Shown: positions 9,791 to 21,899 of the stretch, piece after piece
How positions within the stretch are numbered: the first letter of the stretch is position 1
Layout of the letters: every line of letters starts with the position of its first letter
Assembly: GCA_002104905.1 (NCBI GenBank)
Contig: MCFE01000192.1
Coordinates: forward strand, 72,785 to 136,784
Direction of reading: 5' to 3'
DNA length: 64,000 nucleotides
Source: Basidiobolus meristosporus CBS 931.73
Taxonomy: Eukaryota > Fungi > Basidiobolomycota
Translations under genes and position numbers: made by a program
The notes under the pieces: generated by a model
Databases searched by the model: none
Told to the model about the DNA's origin: nothing
Seen by the model: the letters and a program-made list of their open reading frames with translations, nothing else

Positions 9791-11131
9791 AGATCTTGCG
9801 CAGATTTCAAGCCCACCTGTGTACCTTTGACTAATTATAATCCATACTGTAAATAATAAATTCTGTCACCAGCACAACGATAACAAGATCCCACAGATTT
9901 GCTTAGAATAGTATTGAAGTACAGTATTTCACCAGTGATAACACTTGGTATTTCTCCAATTGCTATGTATCCCGCACCATAAATAAGAATAGAGGCTTAT
10001 AGGACAGAACTACTCTTCCAGGTGCTCCAAAATGTTGGTGCCTACCAAAAAAATCAAAACACTCATACATTTACCAACACTAATATAGCTATGAAAGTTG
10101 TCGAGTCTTGGTCCACTACTCACTTAGTACGGGGCTTCGGACCTAAACATACCCCATTGTTCAGAAAAGCGGAAGTATTCGGGTGATAGAGAAATTTTGG
10201 ATCCGCCATTCAACTTTTTAAAACCCTTCAAAACGGACTGACCCGGCCAACTACGAGTATTTACCCAATGTAAAGCAATCCTCGTGTCAGAAAGTAATCT
10301 GGATGCTAGATCCATTCCACATGCCACCACATCAGTTATTTTATGGATGAAAATGCTGGTGATTGGGAATGGATCAAATCAGTGTGCCAACTATCAATCA
10401 GAATTCACACGAATGATTTGCTATCGCTCTCCGTAATACAGGACTACGAGGCAACAGGGCGAGCAGAGATGCTTTACTTAAGACTGTTGGCAATACGGAA
10501 AATCATGAGGAAGACGAAATAACGGCATTCTGTCTCCAACCAGGTGAAAATGAGTATTATTGCGCAACCTTGGATAATGAAACAAAGTGAATCTCCACTT
10601 ATAAATCACTTGCATCAAGCACATGTGTGTGGGGCGTATCTTTCCTCAAGACACATGGTTCAGCCATTGTTTCATGCTACTCCGTCCCTTGGGCAGAATG
10701 ACATCGAGCGCCTAAACAGGGTGGCAGATCCATGTCTCAATGACCAAAAATTTCCGAAGCGCATATATATAGGACGCAAAGATCAGCAGCAGCTCAATAT
10801 GCATCCTTTCAGATGATGAATCCCTTTGGTCATCACTTTGTAGGATTCGAACGAAATGATAGGCTGCAGAGGATGTTTTAATCATGCCTCACAAACTGTA
10901 CCACCGATCAGGAAACCACCTGTCTCTTGAAACCGCCCTCACTACCAGGTTTTGAAATGCGCTGAAACTGTTTTCGGTTGTTGAAATGAAACAGCTTCCT
11001 AAATAGTAAAGATGCAGGGTGGATTGTAGCGGTAAGCGGGAAGCGCGAATACAGGAACTCAGCCATTAGCATAAAAGGAACCCAATCTTGCTTCGAAATC
11101 CTGATCAATTCACCATACAATTATTAGTGAC

Positions 11132-12603
11132 ATGCCTGAGAAAAAAAGTTCGGGTGTTCATGACGTTACTACTCGTGATTCCCGAGATATTTCGTTTACT
11201 CCCTACATCTGGCTGTGCGGGGTGACGGCCGCCCTGGCATCCTTCACGGCCGGCTATAATAGCGCGGCCCCAAACACTCCGGAATCAGTGATCAGAAATT
11301 GCCAATCCGAAGGTAGCGGAGGTGGACTTCCGCCGTGCATCTCCATGAGCTCGGGTACCTGGTAATACTGTTGCGCGGCTGGCTATTTCGAATGGATACT
11401 AATCAGTCAACCGTTGGTAGGGGGCTTGCAGTTGGGATTCTTGCGATAGGTGGTCTGGTAGGAGGATTGTGTGCTGGAACGGCTGCCGACCGACTTGGAC
11501 GGCGATTGACTTTGCTCTTGAACAACTTCTTTTATATTGTGGGCGCTGTACTGGTGGCCACCGCCACCACCACTGCCCAGTTTGTGGTTGGTAGAATCAT
11601 CGTTGGTATCGGTTGTGGTATAGGCTCCGTCGTGGCTCCCCTGTATGTCGCCGAAATTGCGACGGATGGTTCTCGCGGAGTGCTTGGAACGATGTATCAG
11701 CTGTTCATGGTCATCGGGATCTTGGTTGCCGACTGTATCGGTCTCGGCCTTTCCAATATCCCAGGGTGGAGGTATCTCTTCGGCATCGCTATCTTCCCAC
11801 CGATTCTACAGATCATCCTACTATCGATGTGTACTGAGACGCCAAGCTACCTACTCTCTAAGCACAAGCCAGATGAGGCTAGAATGGCCCTACAGAAGTT
11901 GCGAAGAGGCTGTGTGATAGATGAGGAGTTTCAGCAGCTTCAATTGGCGATGGGTAGAGAAGATCAAAGCGAATCCGAGAATCTCAACCTGTTGCAGGTG
12001 ATTAAGAACTCCCATCTCCGAGGGCTGTTTGTCATCGCGTTGCTGATGCATGCGTATCAACAGTTATCCGGCATCAACAGTGTGATCTACTACTCAACCT
12101 CGATCTTCAACGACATTTTCGGGGTCAGCAATTCCCAATACGTCACCGTTGGCGTCGCGGGGATCAACCTGGTCATGACTCTGGTGTCGGTGGCCCTGAT
12201 CGATCGTGCTGGTAGAAAGCCACTGTTGTACTCGAGCGGGGTTGGCATGTGTATCTGCTCAGTGCTGATTGTGCTCGCCTCGGTGCTTCATATCGATGTG
12301 CTCATGGTCATTGCCGTCATGCTATTTGTAGCTTCGTTCGCCGTGGGTCTTGGGCCTATCCCGTGGATGTTAGTCCCCGAGTTGGTCCCCACATACGCGG
12401 TCGCTGCCACCAGCTCCACCGCGACTGCAGTAAATTGGCTCTTCAACTTCGTCATTGGACAAGTCTTTCCACCGATGAAGGATGGCCTAAAGAATTACTC
12501 TTTTCTGCCGTTCGCGGTGATATGTATTTGCGGCACCTTGTTCGTGATGTTCTTTGTCCCCGAAACCAAAGGTCGGAAGGCATCCGGTGCCCCAGGACAG
12601 TAG
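11132..12603 (+). CDS. Diverged GLUT/SLC2A-like paralog, two exons (11132-11361, 11421-12603), 470 aa
   Basis: The ORF-track pieces 11132-11365 and 11335-12603 join in frame once a 59-bp intron that splits the TG|G codon of SGTWGLAV is removed. About 78% aa identity to copies 0-3 over a hand-counted stretch of about 147 aa. Confidence 0.92.
11362..11420 (+). other. Spliceosomal intron, 59 bp
   Basis: GTAATA donor, TACTAAT branch site near 11397-11403 and TAG acceptor. Removing it restores collinearity with the intronless copies. Confidence 0.9.
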
Positions 12604-12782
12604 GCTGACTCTAAAGCGATTTGTAGTGGCATCTCATACCTGTAATAAAGTCGCATCTGTTTCATTCCATATGGAAATTGCGTTTGTATCCCGAATAATA
12701 CCCATCGACAAGTACTTAACCAAGGGGATAAGCTACTATCCCTCTACCTATACATAAGATTGCTTACTCAGTAGATTGGGAG

Positions 12783-12941
12783 TGTTGGTATTTTTGTACT
12801 CATACCCAAATATTACATAAACTTGGTCACTTAGATCATAACCTCTACTATTTCCTGGCCATGTCCTTGATAGGAAACTCGATGGTGTTTTGGCTACTCT
12901 TACTGCATGATGCCAAAATCCCAAAATGCAATGACACAACA
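12783..12941 (+). mobile_element. Old Copia-like LTR remnant at the gene/TE boundary
   Basis: GGGAG followed by TGTTG, plus GTCACTTAGATCAT, resembles the polypurine tract (PPT) and LTR start at 37090-37155. It ends in CAACA. No TSD. Confidence 0.35.
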
Positions 12942-12970
12942 GCTGTGGAAAAAAATGGGGTGGATACTCT

Positions 12971-13480
12971 CCCTATGCAAAATAAATGTGATGATCCTTT
13001 GAAAAGGCTGTCACAAAATTGAAATCCTATGGCCAAGAGGCATTGGTCCATCAGGATACTGTGCAAAGAATGTAAAAAAAATTGCACCCCAAATCTAACT
13101 TGGCTAAAAGTATTTGTCACAACAATACATAAGGGGCTTTTAATTGGATCTCTGCCAATTCTCTCACTTTCTTACCCTGGAACCTCATTCATATCCTACA
13201 TATATGTGCATTGATTGGCTATTACCTCCTTGTTATACATCTAACTTCCTGACTCAACTAAAGCTCTTACTTTTCACGGGTACAAATTGGTTTATTTCCA
13301 TTCAATCTTTAGTTGCAACTTCAGTTGTACCTCAATTGCCAATTGTATTGACCTATACAAGTCCCTGTACCCAAAACCAAAATTAAGCCCAACCCCACAC
13401 TGAACAAGTAGCTCCATTAAAATTCATAATTCAATAAGTATCACTACTGGAACACCCTTTTTCCATGACTTTGGCAGGAA
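12971..13480. mobile_element. CACTA/CMC-family terminal fragment (end B)
   Basis: Starts CCCTATGCAAAATAAATGTGATGATCC and is collinear with 14276 onward. Confidence 0.7.
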
Positions 13481-14689
13481 CTCTTGCTATGAGAAAAAAT
13501 TTGGTCCTGCAAGTGGATCTAGTCCAGATCAGCCATCAGAATCATGCAGTGAGTTTGTCAGAATACTGGCAGCTTGGAATTATTTACCCTCAACACAATC
13601 TTATGATGGGATTGCAACAGCATTTTGCTGATTTTACTGCCAAATAAAGTAAAAAACATGTTGGTGTTTAAGCAATCTTTTGGCAAGAATTGCATGGCAT
13701 TCCAATGGTTTTAGTGAGCTCTTCATCTATTTCAGTGGACCTAGCCAGCCAATGCATCCAATTGCCTTATATGGCAAGAAAGTTGACAGTGTACCAATTT
13801 ACCAAATGGCATTTTCTTTTTCTACCTCCCCTTGCGCCATTTATATATTCCACTGTAGAATTACCTCTCTTTATTTGCTTACTCACTAGCACCTTGGGTA
13901 TTCCACATATAGTTTGAATCAAAAAAACTGTAGCCTCTTGCTTACTAACCTTTACCTATGCACGCACCCACTGCAATTGATGCACTTCTATCACCCTAAC
14001 ATTACAGCTTTTTAGCATGATACTTGCAAAGTTGCCATACACCTTGTATTGCTGGTAATATAGACATCTTGCAAACATATGCTTGATTGCCACCACTATT
14101 CCTATGAATATCTCCTGAATATCTGTAAAGAACTTCCTGGTACTTAGCCAATATACTCCTTTACCCTGCTAGATTCTAGTCCCCCTTCTAGGTGCACTCT
14201 GGCTCTTGTGTTTGTGAATTCCATACTGAATGGTGTAGAAATTGGCTTGTGACCAGTAGAAACCTAGCATACTTTCCCTATGAAAAACTATTGTGAGGAT
14301 CCCATCAAAAGGCTATCACAAATTTAAAGTCCTGTAACTAAAAGATATTGATCTTATCAGGACATCATGCAAAGACCATCAAAAAATAATTGCCCCCAGA
14401 TTTCACACAAAACTTAGTCCAGATTTTTCATCACAACAATACAAAAGTGGCTTTTGATAGGTTCTCTGCCAATTGTCCTACTTTCTGATCCCAGACACTC
14501 CATTACCTGCTATGTTTGTGTGCATTATTTGGCTATTGCCTCTTCTTCACACTCCTTACTTCCTGACTCAACTGTTTCTCTTACCTTTCATGCATAACAT
14601 TGTTTTATTTCTGTTGATACTTCAGTTGTACCTCAATTGCCAATTGTATTCACCTATACATGTCTCTATACCCTTCACTAACATGAAGC

Positions 14690-16560
14690 TCAACCCCACA
14701 CTTGTCAAGTAGCTCCATTAAAATCCACCACCAAATAAGTAGTTCTGCTGTAACACTCTGTTTCCATTGATTTGGCAGCAACCCTATGGCTTTATGCCAC
14801 TGTTCATTCACTGATTCCCATCTGTCCTGGACTTTACCCAGCACTGTAAGGTCTAGCACCTCATCAGCTAGTCTTTGCAATAAATCCTTGCAATATTTAT
14901 GTGCATTTTCTGAAGCACTACTCTTGAATGAGTGCTGCAACCTCTTGGTGTGCCTATAATGTTCCAAAATTTCACTGAAGGCATTGTGATAGCCTCTTGA
15001 GTTCTTGACATTGTTACTTTGTCTGTTGGTGGGATCTCTACTCTGTAAACAATGGAGGACATGGAGGCTGTGGTATACAAAGTGCCTTTCTCTGCAAACA
15101 CAACTACCTCAATGGAGTGTAGCTCAACTGGCTGCACTTCCAACTCTTGTGAACACAACTGTTTTCTTGCTGGTAATTCTTCTTGGCTATGGTGGCATTC
15201 AGTCTGCTTTTCTCTTATGCTTCCCTGTCTCTGGCTTGGGTAGACTTTTCTCTCATTACCTTATCCTTCATCACTTCAAGGTCTTTCACTGCTACTTTAA
15301 CTGAGTGCTTCATGTATTGGACTACATTTTCTCCTTGATAAATGCTGCTCTTATGCATTTGTCTTGGCCTGTTTGTCCTTTGCTGGCACTCTGCAGGCAA
15401 CCTGGCACTTCTTTCCTGCTGGTCTTGAGCTCTCAGCCCATGCTGTAACAGGCTCCTAAGGTAACCACAGATTTTATCATTACCAGGTCCTTCACTGCTA
15501 CTTTGACTGAGTGCTTCTTGAGTGGAACTTCACCTTTTCCTTGCAAATAATGTGCTGGTGCATCTGTGTCTGCCTGCTTTCCCCTTATTGGCATGCTGCC
15601 AGCTACCGGATGTCACTTTGACACTTGTTTGGGGCTTTTGGCCCTGCTTGTAACCAGCTCTTGAGGAAGCCACTGGTTTTTAGCCATTGCACCCTTGTTC
15701 TTCTGCTGTTGACAGTTTCTGCTATTCTTGAGGTACTTTCTTAGCATACCATTGCTGGCCCAGAATCCATTGGCTTGTTTGAATCCAGGACAATGCACAT
15801 GGAACAAGCCAAGCACATTCTGCCTGGCCTTTAGTTCCTGGTGGTCCTGTGATATGCCAGCCCAGGGGCCATGGTGTGCTGGACTTCTAACAGCCTCTTG
15901 AATATTAGCCTACTCTTCATCATTGCACTCAGCAGCATCACCAATCTTCAATATCATTTGATTTTTGGGCTTTGATATAAACACTACAACTTCTCCCTCC
16001 CATTCTGTGATAGGCTTTTCTGTGGGCATTATCTTTGGGCACTGTTGTCATGCTTCAAAGACTGTACTGTATTCCTCTACTGTTACATCAGGAAATGGCT
16101 TAATTCTCAGCTGTGATATTGAGCTACTTGAGTTCCTTTGTTGCAGCAAACATACTGCTTTCTCTACCTGGGATTTTGCTTGCTCTACACCTACAACTGC
16201 TTATCCTATTTCTAGACTATTTCCTGACTTCTCTGGGCCATTGCATCTATCCCATCAGTCACTGCCCTTAGCTGCCTCATCAATGCTTTGGTATGAGCTG
16301 ACAACATACTTGCTAATACAGGTTGTTGTGATATTATGACAGCCACCTGCCAGCATTATGGCCAGCTTGCTGCTCTGCAGAGATTCCCAATTGCCTACCA
16401 GACTGAGAGCCTGATGAATCCACATTATTACCTTCAGTAGGCACACTGTCCATAGGGCCTTTTTTGGCTGTAGCCCTGCTTGTTACACAGAATTTCAAAG
16501 TAAGCTTTTGTCCAACCATTCTTCTGCTGCTGTCAGCAGTGGGGTTTGGTTGGGAACCAG
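14690..16560 (-). pseudogene. Accessory (non-transposase) gene of CACTA copy A, fragmented
   Basis: ORF fragments 14650-14967, 14868-15158, 15215-15400 and 15613-15816 are homologous to the + strand fragments at 29676-31314 in the inverted copy B. Boundaries are approximate. Confidence 0.6.
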
Positions 16561-16719
16561 ACAACTTTGCTTTATTTTTTGGCTTCATATATAAGTGGAA
16601 GTGGGTCAAACCAAAAGGGAAATGGTGTTATATATATGTGTTTATGCGGTACCACAACCTTATTTGTAATGTTTACTATGGCAGGTCATTACTGAATTGC
16701 ACATTCATGTAAGTGGAAT

Positions 16720-18915
16720 GTCTCAAGTACAAGACTGTCTAAAATTTGCATGGGCACTGACAGAAAATGATATACTAGCATAACATTGTTGAGTGTCAAA
16801 CTGTTAGCCCCATGGACAAGTTTACCTTGATTCAACACTGTAAGAGAAGAGAAAAAAGACCATGCTGCTATTGCGGCAAGCCTCTCAGCCATGTAGCACA
16901 CAGATACTGGAGGAAGTATTACAAGGATAACTGCCAGTGTTTTGCTACACAAGTCATATTTAACCATTCACCAGTCACTACAGTGCCTACAATATCTTGC
17001 TGGCTATTTGCAACTTACCATATACATGGTATAAACAGACAACTGTCATGTATCTAGCAACATATGACCTAAGGACTTTCCTGATACCAGCATGTTTTAA
17101 CAGTAGCATGGTATTCACATCAGGAAATGCCACCATTGCAAGGTATCCAACTTGTTAGGAATCCACCATTGGGGGAAAATATTGATCACACTACAAATAT
17201 ATCTGGGTAATACCCCATCTAAAAAAGCTCATGCAGTCCAATAAATATTGCAAAGCTATAAATTACAGCACTCAGTATCAATCAGGCAAAAATATATCTG
17301 ATATATTTGATGGCAAACATTACAAACAGCTGAGTAGTAAGGACTACTTTGAAGGTATGTGTGACCATGCCTTTGCCTTAGCACTTGATGGACTCTCATT
17401 AAGCAAGTACTCTATCAGCAAATCCTGCTGGCTACTGATTTTCATCAACCTGAATCTGCCATCTATCTTACAGTATCAGAGCAGAAATCTGATAGTAATC
17501 TTACTGGTATCTGGGCCTAAATCACTGTCCAGCCTGGATAGTTACATGTATCCATTACTGGATGAATTTTGTATGCTTTCCAGCAGATGACAGTCAATGG
17601 CTGTCATGTCAAAGCACATATTATTATCTGCATTGGTGATACCCCAGCTATCAGCAAGATAGCTGGCTTTTCTGGGCACAATGCATGGAATTATGGTCAA
17701 ATATGTGAGAGCCAGGGGACTTTCTCCATAACCAACACACATTATTACTACCTAAACACCAAAACTAAGAACATCATTTTTCTGCATAGAGAATGTAGAG
17801 AAGTCAGCATGCATACCAGAGAAATTGAAAGAATTGGCAACGTATTACAGAGTATCTGCTAACCTAGGTACTTCTCATATGCTTCAATCAACATGCTTAC
17901 ACACATGCAACAGTTCAAGTGCAAGGACTAGATGAACTGGAAATGTATTTGTTCAAGTGGCTTTCTGGGGCCATTGAGGCCAAGAGTACATTGGAAGCAT
18001 TGGGAGTCATATGTGGACATTGTAGGAATACTTATCCAGAAGCAGATTACTAGTGCCCACTTGACCCATCTACAGCTTTTGTGTAAGGAGTTTGTGACAG
18101 GATTTGAGAGGCTATACTACAAATGTAAAGCTGAACATGTAGATCTCTACTGCTACTGTATCTATTCTCTACCCCATCTTGCTTGGTCTGAGGTGAATAT
18201 TGGGCCTTGCTTCACCTTTTGGGAGTTTCCAATGGAGTGGATGTGTGGGGAGATAGGAAGACAAGTTGAGTTGCAAGTACTGCCTTATTCAATCTGATCA
18301 GAAATATTACCTTCATGTCTGTCATAGATGTGATGAGTTGGTACATGGAGGGCAGCCAGGAAGAGTTAGAACATACTGGAATATGTGTGCACATGGAGAC
18401 ACATATGCCTATGGCATTGAGAAGCTAGGCAGCCCCAATGCATGGGTAATCAGTTGAGTGATGCAAAGTTGGGTTGAACAAGAGCCAGAACACACTTATA
18501 TGGGGGGCTAGAATCTAGCAGGGAGAAGGTATATATTGGCTAAGTACCAGAAAGTTCTTTGCAGATACTCAGGTGGCATTCATGGCAGAAATGGTGGCAA
18601 CCAAGCATATGTGTGCGAGATGTGTATGTTACCAGCAATACAAGGTATACAGCAACTTTGCAAGTATCATGCCAAAAAGCTGTGAAGTTGAGGTGATAAA
18701 AGTATGTCAATTGCAGCAGGTGTAAGTGTTTGTAGAGAATAGTAAGCAGGAGGCCATAGCTTTTTTGATTCAAACTACATGTGGAACACCCAAGGTGGTA
18801 GTGGGGAAGCAAATAAAGAGGGGTGATTCTACAATGGAATGTATGAGTTGTGAAAGGGGAAGTAGAAAAAGGAAATACTATTTGGTAAATTGGTATGGTA
18901 GCATTATAGAGAACT
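16720..18915 (+). pseudogene. CACTA/EnSpm (Transposase_21/tnp2-like) DDE transposase, fragmented
   Basis: Motifs HAFALALDG, CWLLIFINLNLP, LVSGPKS...YMYPLLDEF, CIGDTPAISKIAGFSGHN, KEFVTGFERLYY and HLA....GPCFTFWEFPME. Many stops and frameshifts; boundaries are approximate. Confidence 0.85.
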
Positions 18916-19518
18916 AGCTATTGACTGCAGCAATGCTGTTACAATACTACCAGAGGCTTGCAATGAAGCCAACAATACACAGTCATGTTTTCTGCCATAT
19001 AGGGCAATTGAACTAGCTGGCTGGTTATATCCACTAAAATAGTTGTATAGGGCACTAAGACCATAACAATGCCATGCCACCTCTGCCAAAACACCACCTA
19101 AGCATCATAATGTTTTTAACCTTATTTGGTTGTAAAATTGGCCTAACACTTTTATGATACTGTCATAAGATTGTGTAGAGAGTTGTTAATTCCAAGATGC
19201 TGGTACTATTATGATCTCCTGATGGGATTGTGACAGCTGATCTGGATAAGATTCACCTGTGGGTCCAAATTATTTTTCATAGGGTTTAGTAAAGCTGTCC
19301 TAATAAAAGTTAGTTGCTTGTTGCACCCAACCCAACTTTGCTTTACTCAACTGATTAGCACTCATAACTGCCAGAATGATGTTTCTTCCTACTCCCCCCT
19401 CCTCATTCTGTATCTCTACCAGTTTCTTTGGATTCAGCCATTTTACCAATCAAAGTTGATTTCTTCAACCATTTACTACTATTGGTACCATTCCTGAGGA
19501 CACAATCTTCATTATTAT

Positions 19519-21860
19519 GAGGTTTCCACTTAATGATAAATTGAATGTAAAGTGATATTTATACTTTTACATAGTCTAGGCATAACAAACATGTTGAATA
19601 GATTTAGGAAGCTCTCAAGAATATGTGTGTAAGGTTTGGGGCTGTTTGGATGCTGACTAGTCCTAATTCTGTCTCTAGCTGATGGTATAGTAAATAAGTC
19701 TGCAATCATTTCATCTGAAGGACAGTAAACTAAGCTAACTAGGCTATTATCTATAGCTTCACATATGAAATGATGCCTAATATTTATGTGATTAGCTCTA
19801 GCATGAAAAGTTGGATGTCTACCTAATTGTATATATCCCTGATTATCTTAAAATAAAGTATAAGGCATTTTTCAATGTAGGCCTAAAGCTGTGAAAGCTT
19901 TTTTGACCACATTGCTTCTTTTGTAGCTTTACAAGCTGACATATACTCTGCCTCTGTGGTAGAAAGTACTACAGTTGGTTGCTTTCTTGAATTCCATGTA
20001 TTTACTCATTGACTGTGAAAAAGGTGTATCCTATGGTGAATCTTGTGTCTTCTAAATTTTGTCCCCAATCAGCATCATAGTATCTTACAAGATCCTGTTC
20101 TGAGTCCTTTTAAGTGTGTCTAAAGCAAATATCAGCAGTTCCTTTTAGATATCTAAAAGTCTGTTTAACTGCTGCAATATGATCAGATCCATAATTCTGA
20201 TTATGCTGGCTGACAACTCCTACTGAATATGCAATATTTGGATGTGTTCCATGTACTATATACATTAGACTACCAACCATGGACTAGGAGTAGTAGTCAG
20301 AACTTTGAGATAGCACCAAACTCACTTGTCTATGGAGAACTTTGTCCCAAAGTTGTAATTGAGCACACCAATATTGGACATCATGAACTCCTTAAATAGA
20401 CTGGGTTTAGTCTCCTCTAAGATTTCTAGGTTATTTGCAGCTATATTAAGATCATATACATGTAGATCTAATAGAACTGGACTTGCTCCATCTGCATTAT
20501 AGTCAATGCTGTAGTCATTTGTACTCCTTTGGAAACTCAACGATTCCAAATTGGAATCTATTTTGCAATTCCAGGCTCTTGGTGATTTTAAAGACCATAG
20601 AGAGATTTTGTAAGTACACAAACCAAAGGGGGGTTACCTTGGTCAACAAGCCCATCAGCCTGGTCCATGCACATGTCCTCATCTAATTCCTCACTGTGAA
20701 TGCAGTCTCTACACCCATGTGGTGTAAAAAAACTTATACTTAGCTGCAATATCTAATGCTAGTCTGATGGATTCAAACTTGGCTACAAGTGCCAAGGTGT
20801 CAGATATAGTCAGGTCTTTTTGATTGAGAGTATCCTTTGGCCACAATTCTTGCTTTAACTCTTTGATAATACCATCAGCCTTGTATTTTGTCATTAGCAC
20901 CCATCTGCATCATATTGACTTTTGGTTGATTGGTAACTTGAATTAGTCACAAGTTTGATTCTCCATAAGTCCTGCTACTCCCAAGTCAATACACATCTCC
21001 AAGACCTTGACTGAAAGCTATTTAGGGCCTCCTTTTCAGCTTGCAGATCATCAATATGGACTGAATAGGTATAGGCTAAGTTTGTATAACAATCATTGTC
21101 ATCATCATGTGTCATTTTTGGTCAAAAATCTGTTTTGCATCAAACAGCACAAATCTGGACTTAGTCAGCTTCTTAGGTTCAGCATTGTAGAGCTTGTATA
21201 GCATACTCTTATTGCTGTAGCCCAACAATATGCATATTACACTTTTTGACTATAATTTTGACTGATTTCCAGGCAGTTTTCTTGCTTACAACATACACCC
21301 AGATATTCTCAGAGGTTCTGCAATTGATATGTGTCCATACCATGCCTCAACTGAAGTTAATTTGCAAAGTATTTGACTATAACATCAGGTATGCAGCTGA
21401 TGCAACTGCTTGTGCCCAAATATCTGCTGTAAAAGTCTTGGAGATATTGGAGGTGATTTGGGAGCACAAGTAAATTATGTTGTTTTCACTTAATGATTTA
21501 TTGAACGCAAGAGTAGTATTTATACTTTTGCATGGTCTTGGCATTGCAAACATGCTGAATAGGTTAAGAAAGGTCCCAAGAACATGTACACACAGTTTGG
21601 GGCTCTTTGGAAAACTTTGAGAACTTTTATGTTCTAGGTACCTGTTATTTTAGTGAAAAATATTCTAGGTAAATCCCAAAAAGGAATTTGGTCAGTATTC
21701 CCTAGGATTTGAAGGTAACAATCTAAGTGACTAGTTCAGGTGACTATATAGGTGGATTACAAATTTTTACAACAATATCATGGGACAATTTTGGATTATG
21801 GATCACCATTCATGCCATATCAGTAGTTGATCTGTTTGCACATTCTGCCACTCCATTATG
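19519..21860 (-). mobile_element. Degenerate Copia family 1 (partial 3' LTR, RNase H, RT, integrase C-terminal part)
   Basis: Collinear with 60875-63480. ORF fragments include SLKSPRAWNCKID and KYKADG. Confidence 0.85.
21425..21774 (-). mobile_element. Solo LTR of Copia family 1 with 5-bp TSD ATATC
   Basis: 350-bp TG...CA unit homologous to 32916-33264. ATATC lies at 21420-21424 and 21775-21779, and the integrase sequence resumes after it. Confidence 0.85.
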
Positions 21861-21899
21861 ATGATATGTGTATGGTACAGTGGTCTCTTGCTTCATCCT

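Larger units (their letters stand above)
14276..19284 (+). mobile_element. CACTA/CMC-type DNA transposon copy A, both ends present (about 5.0 kb), decayed
   Basis: Terminal inverted repeats CCCTATGAAAAA...TTTTTCATAGGG and a 3-bp TSD TTT (14273-14275 and 19285-19287). It carries a tnp2-like transposase on + and a second gene on -. Confidence 0.85.
13485..19380 (-). mobile_element. Older CACTA/CMC fragment (end A), 13485-14275 plus 19285-19380, split by the insertion at 14276-19284
   Basis: Collinear with 25409-26340. The two halves rejoin as GCATAC-TTT-AGTAAAG, matching GCATACCTTGGTAGAG at about 26270-26286. Confidence 0.75.

Noticed and set aside
10124-11120. Short ORFs between copy 3 and the paralog
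   Set aside because: No recognisable motifs or codon bias; treated as intergenic.
11335-11420. N-terminus MHLHELGYLVILLRGW… of the 422-aa ORF
   Set aside because: This is read-through of the 59-bp intron. The true start is 11132.
19381-19518. Minus-strand KSTLIGKM resembling a P-loop
   Set aside because: It lacks the GxxxxGK spacing, is very short and has a stop nearby.
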